From the human T2T-CHM13v2.0 reference genome, Homo sapiens: 64,000 nucleotides of DNA. The stretch lies in assembly GCF_009914755.1 (NCBI RefSeq), contig NC_060929.1, one strand, 5' to 3'. Positions 17,181 through 30,985 of this stretch are shown here, in pieces; within the stretch, counting starts at the first letter, position 1; the number at the start of each line of letters is the position of its first letter. The notes beneath the pieces are model-generated. The model worked only from the letters and a program-made list of their open reading frames with translations. It was not told where the DNA came from and did not search any database. The position numbers were made by a program, and so were the translations under genes.

Positions 17181-17432
17181 GTGTGGGTGTGTGTTTGGGA
17201 GAGGAAGGTCTCCCTTTCTCACTTCCACAGTTGGGGCACTCACAGTTTTGGGAGGGTCTCCTGGATCCTCTAGGAGCAGTCCACTTCCTTCGGAGGGTCT
17301 GTGGGTCTTCTTGGGATTGCTGGTTTGTTCTTGCAGTCTATCTGGAGCTAAAATTCACAATGTGAGCTGCCCTCCACTGCTTTGTCCAGAGCTGCAATCT
17401 AGTCCTGCCCCCATCCTGTCGGCCATGATCTC
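17181..17432 (-). mobile_element. 5' terminus of the L1PB-type element
   Basis: Continues the L1 5' UTR interrupted at 8449; ends GAGCTGCAATCTAGTCCTGCC...GGCCATGATC, the reverse complement of an L1PB 5' start. Confidence 0.8.
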
Positions 17433-17594
17433 ACACTACTTAAGATTTTAAATTAGAACTTCTGACATCAAAACACAAAAGAGACAACATTTCAAACTTG
17501 ATCCACTGAAAACAGGGTAAGTCTAATTCTAAATCCAAATCCAACATTCTAAAACAAGATGTTATCCAAAAATGAAAATTAGTTGCATGACCAT

Positions 17595-17733
17595 TTTTAA
17601 AATAACTTTACATATTGAAATAGCTTAAGATTCAGAAGAAGTGACAAAAATAGTACAGAGGTTTTCACACACCCTTCACCCACATTCACCCAACATTAAT
17701 ATCTTGCATAACCATGATGCATGTCAAAACCAG
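17595..17733 (-). mobile_element. Old L1M (L1MB-like) 3' fragment
   Basis: AAAAATAGTACAGAG...CCCTTCACCC...CATAACCAT, typical of L1MB 3' ends. Confidence 0.55.
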
Positions 17734-18459
17734 AGTTGCACAGCTCTTAAATCCGTCATCCACGTTGAGCATATAAAAGCATCTGGCTACTGGAAATGAA
17801 AATAAGGGATTTTTGAAGAGTGATATGTCTTCTGAAAGCTCTGCATGTGCTGTGGGTTCCTCTACCACCTCATTCGCAAAAGAATAGGATGTGAATTGCT
17901 TGTTTTTTCATCTCAACTTAGAAGAAGAAGCATCAAAGGGAATTCTCAGAGAGCTTAATGTGTATTTCCTGAAGTCTGGGGGTGGGGACACACTGCACTT
18001 GAGTGTGACTCCCCTCTGAGCACTCAAGGGTGAGAGACAGGCTGGACAGCAGCTGACTGGTAAGCCAAGGGAAAGATGGCTGGGTTGACATAGGCCTGCA
18101 TACACAGAATTTGTCAGAGCAAGAGATGCATGGATTTTACATAACAGAAATGTGAACCACACACAAGAAAGCTGGCATGAGGTCATCTTATATCCTGTCC
18201 AATAGGGCTACCTAGGAGGGCAAAGTCCTCAGTAGAGAGAAGCTGATGGCATAGTCTGACTCATAGGGATTGGAGAGGGCATAAGCAACACACTGAATGA
18301 GAGGGCACCATTCACATGAACAGAGTTGCAGAGAGATCCTTGAAGATGGTGTGGAAGTGGAGAGAGGACAAGGAGTGAAATCTCCAAAGAATACATGATG
18401 GCATCTATGAAATCATTACCTTTAAACTCACGCCAGTGCCAGAGAATATTTGAAAATTG

Positions 18460-18920
18460 TTGTGGGTTTTTTTTAAAAAAAAAAAAAAATCTCAAACTTA
18501 CAGAAGCATGCATGTACAGTACTAAAAACTTTTTCCAGAATTATTTGAAAGCAAGTTGCCAATATCATGCCTCACTGTGTGGAGTGACATCTTCCTCACC
18601 CTGTCCATGCTCTGATACCCTCCACAAGACCACCCTCCTCCTTGGGTTCCAACTCTGCACCAGGCTGCCACCCCATGTGTGACAAGGCATGAACTTTCTT
18701 CACCTTGCACAGGCTCTGGCTTCCTTAGGCAGCCCATACTCCCATGCAAATACCCACCTCAACTCATTTGACTCCAGTGTCTGGCCCTGGACAGCCTTCT
18801 TGGTGCAGATGCCCTCCTCAGCCTGCTTGGGGTCTGACATGCCACACCAATGCACCCCTCTGAGGCAAGGCCCTCCTCACCCAACCTGGGCTCTGACACC
18901 CCATTCTGGGCACCATAGCC
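18460..18920 (-). mobile_element. Old L1MC/ME 3' UTR with degenerate internal repeats
   Basis: CAAACTTACAGAAG.. end and recurring CCTCCTCACCC..GGGCTCTGACACC units. Confidence 0.5.
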
Positions 18921-18923
18921 AAC

Positions 18924-19074
18924 TGTAATAGTTAATATTGAATGGACTGAAGGAGGCAAAGTGTTGTTTCTGGGTGTGTCTGTGAGGGTGCTGCCAAAGG
19001 AGATTAACATTTGAGTCAGTGGACTGGGAGAGGCAGACCCACCCTCAATCTGGGTGGGCATCAGCTAATCAGCT
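18924..19074 (+). mobile_element. MLT2A (HERV-L LTR) 5' fragment
   Basis: GGGTGTGTCTGTGAGGGTGCTGCCAAAGGAGATTAACATTTGAGTCAGTGGACTGGGAGAGGCAGACCCACCCTCAATCTGGGTGGGC. Confidence 0.85.
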
Positions 19075-19734
19075 CAGGACCGAATTGTTCAGAATGGGAA
19101 AAGACAAGAACTTGGGAAAAGAGCTGCAAAGCCACCTTGTAGTAGCAGCAGTCAAGTAAAACCTCTCCTGGTTATTTTAATTCTTCTCTTTCTTTGCTTT
19201 CAGATCTGGAAGGTTAAGAAAGCACAATTATCAGGCTGGGGGAGGAAGGGCATAGGAAGGGAAAAGGAACCAACTACACCCCTCCTCCAGTTGAAGGCTT
19301 CCTGGTAGGGGAGGGAAGATTTATATTTGAATCAGGTTCAGAGTTTTGCCTTATATGGGATGAGAAATTTTGACTTCCGAATTGAGACTGTGCTTGGTGA
19401 CTAAGAGTGGCAATCGTTTTATTAGTTAAGTGTGTTAAGGAAAGCCATAGGACTGCTGATGTTTTTTATCCAAGAGCCAAGGGAAAACTTTCCCCATTGA
19501 ATAAATATAAAAGGAAAGTGAGGGACAAATTATACCACCTTATCATTCCGCTCCATGAGGCCTGCTTGCTCCGTGCCTTCATTACATACATTTGCAGTGG
19601 CTGCCAATCTAGAACAAACAGGGGTTTTCTATAATTTCCAAGAGGCCCCAACTGTCTGAAAATCTACAGAGGAAACAAAAGTCCTTATGGTAACCCTTTT
19701 TTGGTTGTTCATTTCTTTAAAGATTGACAGGGTT

Positions 19735-19770
19735 TTGTTTGTTTTGTTTTTTGTTTTGTTTTGTTTTGTT
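19735..19770. repeat. (GTTTT)n simple repeat
   Basis: Visible pentanucleotide array. Confidence 0.8.
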
Positions 19771-20934
19771 TATCATTCTGTAATTAGGGAGAGTGTTCCA
19801 ACAACAAAAATATATTATTTCTAGGTAACTGAGGTATAACTAAGAAGACCTCAAGGGCAAAATTCTGCTTTCTCTTTAAATCTCTCGCAAGCACATCTCT
19901 AATTTTATTTCTGCCTTTGTTGCTGTCTCATCTTAACTTCATCTTAGTAAAATTGTCATCAAAATCTTCTTGGGAGAGAAGAAGACTCACAGTCCGTGCC
20001 CATGGTGGTTTTTATCTGCCTGAACACAAGCCAAACATCTTGGGGCCAGTATCCTCAGAGGTCTTCCTTTATCACTGAGCTCTCCCTTGTACTCACCTCA
20101 GCCTCACTGCTGGGTGGGTCTATCTCCTGCCATCTCTGCACCTCCCAGGTCCTCCACTCTGCTGAAACTTCTTTTGAGCGATTAGGTTTGGATCATTCCT
20201 GGGACTTTTGTAATCTCTCACATTTTAGACGTGGTCCACTGAAAATAGAGTAAGTTTAATTCCAAATCCAACACCTTCATCTCTTTTGAGGGAGGCAAAA
20301 ATTGATCACCTCTTTCCTACGGTAATGTTGTTGATCTTGTTTTTAGTTTATCTCTGTAATTCCCACTTTGTCTAGCACAGTGTTTTGAACATAATCAGAA
20401 CTCAGTAAATATCTACTGAATGGATGAATTCATTCCATGAAGAAAGAACATGAAAGGATGATTAATGGAGGCAATTAGCCAGATAATTAAAAAGTATTTT
20501 TCCTCTACTATTCAGACATTTCAACAAGAGGATTTTTTGTTAACTACACAGATAATTACTTTAATATACCACATCACTCTTTATACATGTGTGGGACCCA
20601 ATATTTGTATACACATATGGCCTGACAAAAAATAGGTAACAGTTGTTGGATAAAGAATTATATTTGCAGAAATAGAATGGAAAAGATACTGTTAACAGTA
20701 TTATTTCTGGGAAAAGAGGAAAGGGAATTGTTGGATCAACAAGGTCACTGGTCTTGTAGTTTTTACTGTATACACTTCTATATTTATACAGTGTTTTAAT
20801 TTTTGTGAGCACGTATTTTCAATATTAATTTCTTAAAATTGTATTAACTAAGCAGAAAACTAAGCAGAGATATTGCGGACCTGAACTTTTGAGCTTTTAG
20901 CTTCATGGGTTCGTATTACGGGATACAATGCCCA

Positions 20935-21258
20935 TGGGGTAGCAAATGCCTCCAGGGAACAGGCAAGTAAAATACATAAGCAAAGTGGACTGCAATATGG
21001 ACTGCAGCAAGTGGGGGCAAGGCAAGCCCTGTGCACAGTGGCCAGGTGCTGCCAAGTCCAGCCAATTACTGTTACACAGAAACATGGGACCAATGTTGTC
21101 AGATCACCCAGTTTTCAAAAGAAGTTCAAAATCTAGAATATTTTTAGAGAAGTTTCCTGATTTTTAAATGAAAGCAATTGATTGAAAAGGTTTGAGGTTT
21201 AAGATGCAGGCAAAACAAAATGTCTGTGGCCTAAATTCAACCTGTTTGCACACTCTGA
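20935..21258 (+). mobile_element. MER102-like hAT DNA transposon relic
   Basis: TGTTGTCAGATC..TTTTCAAAAGAAG..AAATCTAGA..AAAACAAAATGTCTGTGG core, shared with 37735 and 39250. Confidence 0.6.
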
Positions 21259-22459
21259 CTTAGGTAATAGCCTAGGGTAGATTGTTCGTTTGTTTGTTTT
21301 TAAACAGATGTAGAGGTTTCATGAAATTTTCTCATCCTTTGGCTATTTTTCTCTTATGCAGATTGTCAGTTAATATTCCAGAGTCTACAAAGGGCTGCAG
21401 GGATTTCCATGATGACTGAGCAGCAGGGCCCAGAAACCATCAATCCTCTGTAGGTTTATAAACTGATTCCCAGTTGGCACAGCATTCTGGGGTGGTCATA
21501 AAGAATAAGGTGTAGGGAGTAGTAGCATGCTTCCTGAGGGCTTCGAGGGCCAATAACTGAAATTAGGTTTATAGAAAATAATCACAATAATGGCAGGGAG
21601 TGGCCTTCAAATCCTAGAGCTATGGCCAATTGGAGTATGAAACTCTAAAGGAGCCATGAAGGCCACAAGGTCAGTAATGTGACATTTCAGTAGAAACAGA
21701 TGTCAAGACAAATAAAAAGCATTTCTTCTCACATTAAAAACATTGAGATGGCAGATATATATGTAAGGAGATAAAGTCCATCCCAAATTCAGGCTTCATA
21801 ATGAACATTGAGCCTTAAGGAAAGAATAATCCAGAACAGCCCAATGGAGTCTTATGTTCCATTTAAATCATCTGTAACACTATTCAGTAAAGACCATGAA
21901 GACACTGCACAGAAGCAGGTGAATGAATTCTGTCAAGCCACTTGCTGAATTACAGTATCATGCCAAGTACTTTCTCCTTACATATAATAATATCTACCAT
22001 GCCACTTACCAGTGCTCACTACTGAAAATTTAGCTGAAAGCCAAGAAATAAACATTAACACACAAAAGCCCTCAAGGCATCTAAAACCAATCTCACAAGG
22101 CCAGGCAATAAGGATCACAAGGCTGATGAATGGGGCACCTTTTCATACAGCACATATTAACAATACTTAACACACAAAGCTAAAATAATGGGCTCTCTGG
22201 TTCTTCCATTAAAGTAATTTGGAAGCGGCAAGTAAGGACAATACCTGGCACATAGTAGGCACTCCACAAATTTATTGAGAAACAAATTAGAAACAAAACA
22301 GCTAGAATTATCAGCCAACTACCTGACAGGGAGAGAGGACATGTCCTGAAAAGTGGACACAGGCCTAAAGTAATCTATTATTCTGAAGCTATTAGGGGTA
22401 CAAATAAAGCTCCTGAGAGCAGCACTCTGCACTGCACAACACAAAGCTCCTCTTACACC

Positions 22460-22667
22460 CTGGTTAAGAGGCTCAGCTTTGTAGCCAGGATCCAATTGCT
22501 ACCTTCCAGCTGGGTGAACTTGGTTAAGTACCTTAATCTCACTTAACATTGGTTTCCTCATCTGTAAACTCTGCCTCATAGGGTTGTGAGAATTCAATTA
22601 GTTAATACATGCAAAAATCATAGAATAGTGCAGGTACATAAAAAACATTCAATAAAGACTAGCTATG
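22460..22667 (+). mobile_element. MIR
   Basis: Core TTTCCTCATCTGTAAA, CCTCATAGGGTTGTGAGAATT. Confidence 0.75.
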
Positions 22668-22874
22668 GACAAAAATACCATCATCATGAAAAAGACTACC
22701 TTATGTTCAGGATGATCTAATTAATAAGGCAGGAAAGTAAATAACAAAGGTATGGAAGATCTTCATCCAAAATTATTAAAACAAAATGTTTTGGTTTTGT
22801 AGAGAGCTGTTTTTAATTATCTGGAAAATTCATGTGAAATACTCCATTGAAAAGCAAATCTGCAGAGCTGAGGA

Positions 22875-23010
22875 CAGTGTTCTGTGAAACACTGGAATTA
22901 GAGTGCCTGGACACGAGTTTCAGCTCTGCCAGTTGCCAGCTGTGTAGCACTGGGCAAGACACTTAAGCATGCTTCAGTTTTCTCATCCATAAAATTAAGA
23001 TCATAGAAAA
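22875..23010 (+). mobile_element. MIR fragment
   Basis: CTGGGCAAGACACTTAA..CAGTTTTCTCATCCATAAAAT. Confidence 0.65.
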
Positions 23011-23150
23011 GTTGTTATCAGAACTATATTATGACTTCCATGGGCCCTGGGTACATTTGCCTTTATGAGTTGCTTCCTCCCTAAAATAATATTAAAAGTT
23101 GTTTGTACCACTGACTGAACTGCTGTAAAGACAAATATAATCTAGGCTGG

Positions 23151-23199
23151 TGATATGGTTTGATTGTCTCCCCAAAATCTGATGTTGAAATGTAATCTC
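23151..23199 (+). mobile_element. MST (MaLR) LTR 5' part, split by L1
   Basis: TGATATGGTTTG..CCCCAAAATCTGATGTTGAAATGTAATC; continues at 29682. Confidence 0.75.
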
Positions 23200-26100
23200 A
23201 AAGATGGCTGAATAGGAGCAGCTCCGGTCTGCAGCTCCCAGTGAGACCAACATAGAAGGTGAGTGATTTCTGCAATTCCAACTGAGGTACCAAGCTCATC
23301 TCACTGGGACTGGTTAGACAGTGGGTGCAGCCCACAGAGGGTGAACAGAAGCAGGGTGGGGCATTGCCTCACCCAGAAAGTGCAAGGGGTTGGGGAACTG
23401 CCTCCCCTAGCCAAGGGAAGCTTTGAGGGACTGTGCCATGAGGGACAGCGCTGTCTGGCCCAGACACTAGGCTTTTCCCATGGTTTTCACAACCTGCAGG
23501 CCAGGAGATTCCCTCGGGTGCCTACACCACCAGGACACTGGGTTTCAAGTACAAAACTGGGTGGCCGTTTGGGCAGACACTGTGCTATCAGCAGGAGTTT
23601 TTTCTTTTTCATACCCCAGTGGTGCCTGGAATGCCAGCAAGGCAAAACTGTTCACTCCTCTGGAAAGGGGGCTGAAGCCAGGGAGCCAAGTGGTCTAGCT
23701 CAGTGGATCCCACCCCCATGAAGCCCAGCAGGCTACCATCACTGGCTTGAAATTCTCGCTGCCAGCATAGCAGTCTGAAGTCGACCTGGGATGCTCAAGC
23801 TTGGTGGGGGGAGGGGCATCCACCATTACTGAGGCTTGAGTAGCAGTTTTCCCCTCACAGTGTAAACAAAGCCACTGGGAAGTTCAAACTGGGCAGAGCC
23901 CACTGAAGCACAGCAAAGCTGCTGTAGCCAGACTGCCTCTCTAGATTCCTTCTCTCTGGGCAGCACATCTCTGAAACAAAGGCAGCAACCCCAGTCAGGG
24001 GATTACAGATAAAACTCTCATCTCCCTGGGACAGAGCACCTGGGGGAAAGGGGGCTGTGGGCGCAGCTTCGGCAGACTTAAACGTTCTTGCCTGCTGGCT
24101 CTGAAGAGAGCAGCAGATCTCCCAGCACAGTGCTCAAGCTCTGCTAAGGGACAGCCTTCCTCCTCAAGGGGTTCCCTGACTCCCCGTGCCGCCTGACTGA
24201 GACATTTCCCTACAGGGGTCGACAGACACCTCATACAGGAGAGCTCTGGCTGGCATCTGGCAGGTGCCCTTCTGGGACAAAGCTTCCAGAGGAAGGAGAA
24301 GGCAGCAATCTTTGCTGTTCTGCAGCCTTCACTGGTGATACCCAGGGACATAGAATCTGAAGTAGACCTCCAGCAAACTCCAGCAGACCTGCAGAAGAGG
24401 GGGCCTGACTGTTAGAAGGAAACCTAACAAACAGAAAAAAATAACATCAACATCAACAGAAAGGACATCCACATAAATACCCTACGCAAAGGTCATCATC
24501 ATCAAAGATCAAAGGTAGATAAATCCATGAAGATGGGGAAAAACAAGTGCAAAAATGCTGAAAATTCCAAAAACCAGAATGCCTCTTCTCCTACAAAGGA
24601 TCACAACCCCTCACCAGCAAGGGAACAAAATGGATGGAGAATGAGTTTGACGAACTGACAGAAGGAGGCTTCAGAAAGTAGGTGATAACAAATTCCTCTG
24701 AGCTAAAGAAGCACGTTCTAACCCAGTGCAAGGAAGCCAAGAACATTCATAAAATGTCACAGGAACTGCTAACCACAGTAACCCGGTATGAGAAGAACAT
24801 AAATAACCTGATGGAGCTGAGAAACACAGCAAAAGAACTTCATGAAGCATACATAAGTATCAATAGCCGAATTGATCAAGGGGAAGAAAGGGTATCAGAG
24901 ATTGAAGATCAACTTAATGAAATAAAGTGTGAAGACAAGATTAGAGAAAAAGAATGAAAATGAATGAACAAAGCCTCCAAGAAATATGGGATGATGTGAA
25001 AAGACCAAATCTATGTTTGATTGGTGTACCTGAAAGTGATGGGGAGAATGGAATCAAGTTGGAAAACACACTTCAGGATATTATCCAGGAGAACTTCCCC
25101 AACCTATCAAGACAGGCCAACATTCAAATTCAGGAAATACAGAGAATATCACTAAGATACTCCTCGAGAAGAGCAAGCCCAAGACACATAATTGTCAGAT
25201 TCACCAAGGTTGAAATAAAGGAAAAAATGTTAAGGGCTGCCAGAGAGAAAAGTCAGGTTACCTACAAAGGGAAGTGTATCAGACAAACAGCAGATCTCTC
25301 TGCAGAAACCCTGTAAGCCAGAAGAGAGTGAGGGCCAATATTCAACATTCTTAAGGAAAAGAATTTTCAACCCAGAATTTCATATACAGCCAAACTAAGC
25401 TTCAAAAGTGAAGGAGAAATAAAATCCTTTAGGGACAAACAAATGCTGAGGGATTTTGTCATCACCAGGCCTGCCTTATAAGAACTCCTGAAGGAAGCAC
25501 TAAATATGGAAAGGAAAAACCAGTACCAGTCACTGCAAAAACATAGCAAAATGTAAAGACCATCAACACTATGAGGAAACTGCATCAACTAATGTACAAA
25601 ATAACCAGCTAGCATCATAATGACAGGATCAAATTCACACATAACAATATTAATTTTAAATGTAAATGTCTAAATGCCCTAATTAAAAAACACAGACTGG
25701 CAAATTGGATAAAGAGTCAAGACCCATTGGTGCGCTGTATTCAGGAGACCCATCTCATGTGCAAAAACACACATAGGTTCAAAATAAAGGGATGGAGGAA
25801 TATTTACAAAGCAAATGGAAAGCAAAAATAAGCAGGGGTTTCAATCCTAGTCTCTGATAAAACAAACTTTAAAGCAACAATGATCAAAAGAGACAAAGAA
25901 GGCCATTACATAATGGTAAAGGGATCAATTCAACGAGAAGAGCTAAATATTCTAAATATATATGCACCCAATATAGAAGAACCCAGATTCATAAAGCAAG
26001 TCCTTAGAGACCTACAAAGAGACTTAGAGACTCCCACACAATAACAGTGGAAGACTTTAATACCCCACTGTCAATATTAGACAGATCAATGAGACAGAAA

Positions 26101-29100
26101 ATTAACAAGGATATTCAGGACTTGAACTCAGCTCTGGACGAAGTGGGCTTAATAGACATCTACAGAACTCTCCATCACAAATCAACAGAATATACATTCT
26201 TCTCACCACCACATAGCACTTATTCTAAAATGGACCACATAATTGGAAGTAAAACACTCCTCAGCAAATGCAAAACAACAGAAATCATAAGAAACAGTCT
26301 CTCAGACCACAGTGGAATCAAATTAAAACTCACGATTAAGAAACTCACTCAAAACTGCACAACCTCATGGAACCTGAACAACAACGTGCTCCTGAATGAC
26401 TACTGGGTAAATAACGAAATTAAGGCAGAAATAATTAAGTTCTTTGAAACCAATGAGAACAAAGACACATCATACCAGAATCTCTGGGACACAGCTAAAG
26501 CAGTGTTTAGAGGGAAATTTATAGAACTAAATGCCCACAAGAGAAAGCAGGAAAGGTCTAAAATTGACACCCTAACATCACAATTAAAGGAACTAGAAAG
26601 CAGAGCAAACAAATTCAAAAGGTAACAGAAGACAAGAAATAACTAAGATCAGAGCAGAACTCAAGGAGATAGAGACACAAAAACCCCTTCAAAAAAAATC
26701 AATGAATCCAGGAGCTGGTTTTTTGAAAAGATTAACAAAATAGCTAGACCACTGGCCAGACTAATAAAGAAGAAAAGAGAGAAGAGTCAAATAGATACAA
26801 CAAAAAAATGATAAAGGGTATATCACCACTGATCCCACAGAAATAAAAACTACCATCAGAGAATTCTATAAACACTTCTATGCAAATAAACTAGAAAATC
26901 TAGAAGAAATGAATAAATTCCTGGACAAATACACCCTCCTGAGACTAAAGCAGGAAGAAGTCAAATCTCTGCATAGACCAATAACAAGTTACGAAATTGA
27001 GGCAGTAATTAATAACCTACCAACCAGAAAAAGACCAGGACCAGATGGATTCACAGCCAAATTCTACCAGAGGTACAAAGAGGAACTGGTACCATTCCTT
27101 CTGAAACTATTCCAAACAATAGAAAAACAGGGACTCCTCCCTAACTCGTTTTATAAGGCCCACTTCATCCTGATAACAAAACCTGGCAGAGACACAACAC
27201 AAAAAGAAAATTTCAGGCCAATATCCCTGATGAACATTGATGTGAAAAAACTCAATAAAATACTGGCAAACCAAATCCAGCAGCACATCAAAAAGCTTAT
27301 CCACCGTGACCAAGTTGGCTTCATCCCTGGGATGCAAGGCTGGTTCAACATATGCAAATCAATAAATGTAATCCATTACATAAACGGAATCAATGACAAA
27401 AACCACATGATTATCTCAATAGATGCAGAAAAGTCCTTCAACAAAATTCAATACCTCTTCGTGCTAAAAACACTCAATTAACTAGGTATTGATGGAACAT
27501 ATGTCAAATAATAAGAGCTATTTATGAGAAACCCATAGCCAATATCATACTGAATGGGAAAAAGCTGGAAACATTCCATTTGAAAACTGGAATAAGAAAA
27601 GGATGCCCTCTCTCACCACTCCTGTTCAACATAGTATTGGAAGTTCTGGCCAGGGCAATCAGGCAAGAGAAAGAAATAAAGCGTATTCAATAGGAAGAGA
27701 GGAAGTCAAATTGTCTCTGTTTGCAGATGGCATGATTGTATATTTAGAAAACCCCATCGTCTCAGCCCAAAATCTCCTTAAGCTGATAAGCAACTTCAGC
27801 AAAGTCTCAGGATATACAATCAATGTGCAAAAATCACAAGCATTCTTATACACCAATAACAGACAAACAGAAAGCCAAATCATGAGTGAACTCCCATTCA
27901 CAATTGCTACAAAGAGAATAAAACACCTAGGAATACAACTTACAAGGGATGTAAAGGACTTCTTAAACTACAAACCCCTGTTCAAGGAAATAAGAGAGGA
28001 CACAAACAAATGGAAAAACATTCCATGGTCATGGATAGGAAGAATCAATATCGTGTAAATGGCCATACTGCCCAAAGTAATTTATAGATTCAGTGCTATT
28101 TCCATCAAGCTACCATTGACTTTCTTCACAGAATTAGAAAAAACTGCTTTAAATTTCATGTGGAACCAAAAAAAAGCCAGTATAGCATGACAATCCTAAG
28201 CAAAAAGACCAAAGCTAAAGGCATCGCAGTACCAGACTTCAAACTATACTACAAGGCTACAGTAACCAAAACAACATGATACTGGTACCAAAACAGATAT
28301 ATAGACCAATGGAACAGATCAGAGGCCTCAGAAATAACATTGCACCTCTACAACCATCTGATCTTTGACAAACCTGACACAAACAAGCAATGGGGAAAGG
28401 ATTCCCTATTTAATAAACGGTATTGGGAAAACTGGCTAGCCATATGCAGAAAACTGAATGTGGACCCCTTCCTTAAACCATATATAAAAATTAACTCAAG
28501 ATAGATTAAAGACTTAAACATAAGACCTAAAACCATAAAAATCCTAGAAGAAAACCTAGGCAATACCATTCAGGACATAGGCATGGGCAAAGACTTCATG
28601 AATAAAACATCAAAAGCAATGGCAGCAAAAGCCAAAATTGACAAATGGGATTTAATTAAAGTAAAGAGCTTCTGCACAGCAAAAGAAAGTATCATCAGGG
28701 TGGACAGGCAACCTACAAAATGGGATAAAATCTTGGCAATCTATCCATCTCACAAAGGGCTAATATCCAGAATCTACAAGGAACTTAAACAAATTTTTGA
28801 GAAGAAAACAACCCCATCAAAAAGTGGGCAAAGGATATGAACAGACACTTCTCAAAATAAGGCATTTATGCGGCCACAGACATATGAAAAAAAGCTCATC
28901 ATTACTGGTGGATGACACTGGAAAATGAAAACCACAATGAGATACCATCTCACACCAGTTAGAATGGTGATCATTAAAAAGTCAGGAAACAATAGATGCT
29001 AGAGAAGATGTGGAGAAACAGCTTTTACATTGCTGTTGGAGTGTAAATTAATTCAACCATTGTGGAAGACAGTGTGGTGATTCCTCAAGGATCTAGAACC

Positions 29101-29668
29101 AGAAATACTATTTGAGCCAGCAATCCCATTATTGGTTATATACCCAAAGGATTCTAAGTCATTCTACCCTAAAGACACATGCACACATATATTTATTGTA
29201 GCATTATTTACAATAGCGAAGAGTTGGAATCTACCCAAATGCCCACCAATGATAGACTGGATAAAGAAAATGTGGCACATATACGCCATGGAATACTATG
29301 CAGCCATAAAAAAGAATGAGTTCATACCCTTTGCAGGGACATGGATGAAGCTAGAAACCATCCTTCCCAGCAAACTAACACAGGAACAGAAAACTAAACA
29401 CTGCATGTTCTCACTCATAAGTGGGAGTTGAACAATGAGAACACATGGACACAGGGAGGGGAACATCACAAAACGGGGCCTGCTGGGGGGTAGGGGGTAA
29501 GGGGAGGAGTAGCATTAGGAGAAATACCTAATGTAGATGACAGGTTGATGGGTGCAGCAAACCACCATGGCACATGTATACCTATGTAACAAACCTGCAC
29601 ATTCTGCACATGTATCCCAGAACTTAAAGTATAATAAAAAAAAATCAAACTCACAAACAAAAAAGAAA
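23200..29668 (+). mobile_element. Full-length L1PA7-like LINE (about 6.47 kb), ORF1 about 24533-25556, ORF2 about 25620-29431, both disrupted
   Basis: 5' AAGATGGCTGAATAGG, ORF1/ORF2 fragments ([27 protein letters not shown]), A-rich tail, 13-bp TSD GAAATGTAATCTC (23187) / GAAATATAATCTC (29669). Confidence 0.93.
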
Positions 29669-29681
29669 GAAATATAATCTC

Positions 29682-29768
29682 CAGTGTTGGAGGTAGAGCC
29701 TAGTGGGAGATGACTGGATCATATGGATAGACTTTGTGTGAATGGTTTAGCACCATTTTCCTTGGTGC
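29682..29768 (+). mobile_element. MST LTR continuation (3'-truncated)
   Basis: CAGTGTTGGAGGTAGAGCC..TGAATGGTTTAGCACCAT..CTTGGTGC. Confidence 0.75.
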
Positions 29769-29968
29769 AGTGATGCAATCACAGCTCACTACAGGCTTAA
29801 CATCTTGGGCTCAAGCATTCCTCTGTCCTCAGCCTCCCAAGTGGCTGGGACTACGGGTGCATGCTGCCATGTACAGCTAATTATTTTTTATTTGGAAAGA
29901 CAAGGTCTTGCTATGTTGCCCAGGCTGGTCTTGAACTCCTGGTCTCAAGCGATCCTCTTGCACTGGCT
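29766..29968 (-). mobile_element. AluJ, truncated at both ends
   Basis: CACAGCTCACTACAG, GGGCTCAAG, GGTCTTGCTATGTTGCCCAGGCTGG (J-type). Confidence 0.8.
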
Positions 29969-30844
29969 TGACAACCACCTTTGAATTCTTCATTCATGCG
30001 CAGGGGCTCAAAATCCATTCCCCTCTCAAGCCTCTTGGCCAGCCTCTGGTCCTCCAGAGAGCAGTCTCTCAGACACTGTCCTCACTACCAATGTAAACTC
30101 ATAAGCACAATTTAGTCAGGTTACTTCTTGTGCCTGTGTGTCTGCTTTCCCTGGAACCATGCACTGTACATGAGCAAGTAGCTCAAGACATGAAATGGAT
30201 GAGCTTTACTTTTCTCATTCTCATCTCCGCTTCCCGATGTGGAAGCATTTCCAAGTGTCTGAACTCCTAAGACTAGTGTTGGGCCAGATCCCAACACACG
30301 CATAAAACTAAAACGATACCCTTCATCCAACAGCTTTTTTTTTCTTTTCCTTCTTCACCTGTCTCTAGCTGCATCTTCTTATTTGTGTTTTAAGTTAGAC
30401 AGTGTTGAGAGCAGGAAGTCACCATTTAGTATTCAAAGAGGCGTTCTGATCTGGCCATGACAAGGTAGAGAATAAAATAAAACCCATTGTAAAACCCTTC
30501 AAAGTAATCTGAGTAAGCTGTGCGGATTTCATAGTGACCAGCCACAAGCTTCTGGCTGCGAGCACCTAGCTTGAATTTCTCTGCTACCAATAAATATGGG
30601 AGAAATCTTTTGCCAATTCTCTAGAGAAATAAAAACAAGATATACTAAGATCAGATATTCCATATTTATTTTGTAGGAATTGATAATTGCTTTACCTTGA
30701 GAATTTAGGCTGAGAAGAGTTTGAATTTACATGTGAAAGTTATGGTCATCTTCAGCTAATTCAGTCCCTACCTCATCCTTTTATTGGTCACATTATACAA
30801 AATCATAAGATAGGTATCATTTCATATCATTCTCTTAAAGTAAA

Positions 30845-30985
30845 AACAACCTGGAAATCATCTCGTTTACTCACTTCATTTTACAGATGAGGAAACTGAG
30901 ACCCAGAGGAGCAAAGCTCAGGGTCACACACCACATATTAGGTAGTGTTAGGAGCACAGATGGAACTGGCTTCTGGCTCCCTGTC
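30845..30985 (-). mobile_element. MIR
   Basis: CATTTTACAGATGAGGAAACTGAGACCCAGAG core. Confidence 0.75.

Noticed and set aside
19075-19586. Possible ancient Gypsy-like LTR relic ending TTACA
   Set aside because: Resemblance too weak to name by eye; needs a Dfam HMM search
23263-24351. ORFs of 72-152 aa
   Set aside because: GC-rich L1 5' UTR; chance ORFs
28900-28935. Short scrambled segment in L1PA7 ORF2 (GGTGGATGACACTGGAAAATG)
   Set aside because: Too short to distinguish template switching from clustered decay
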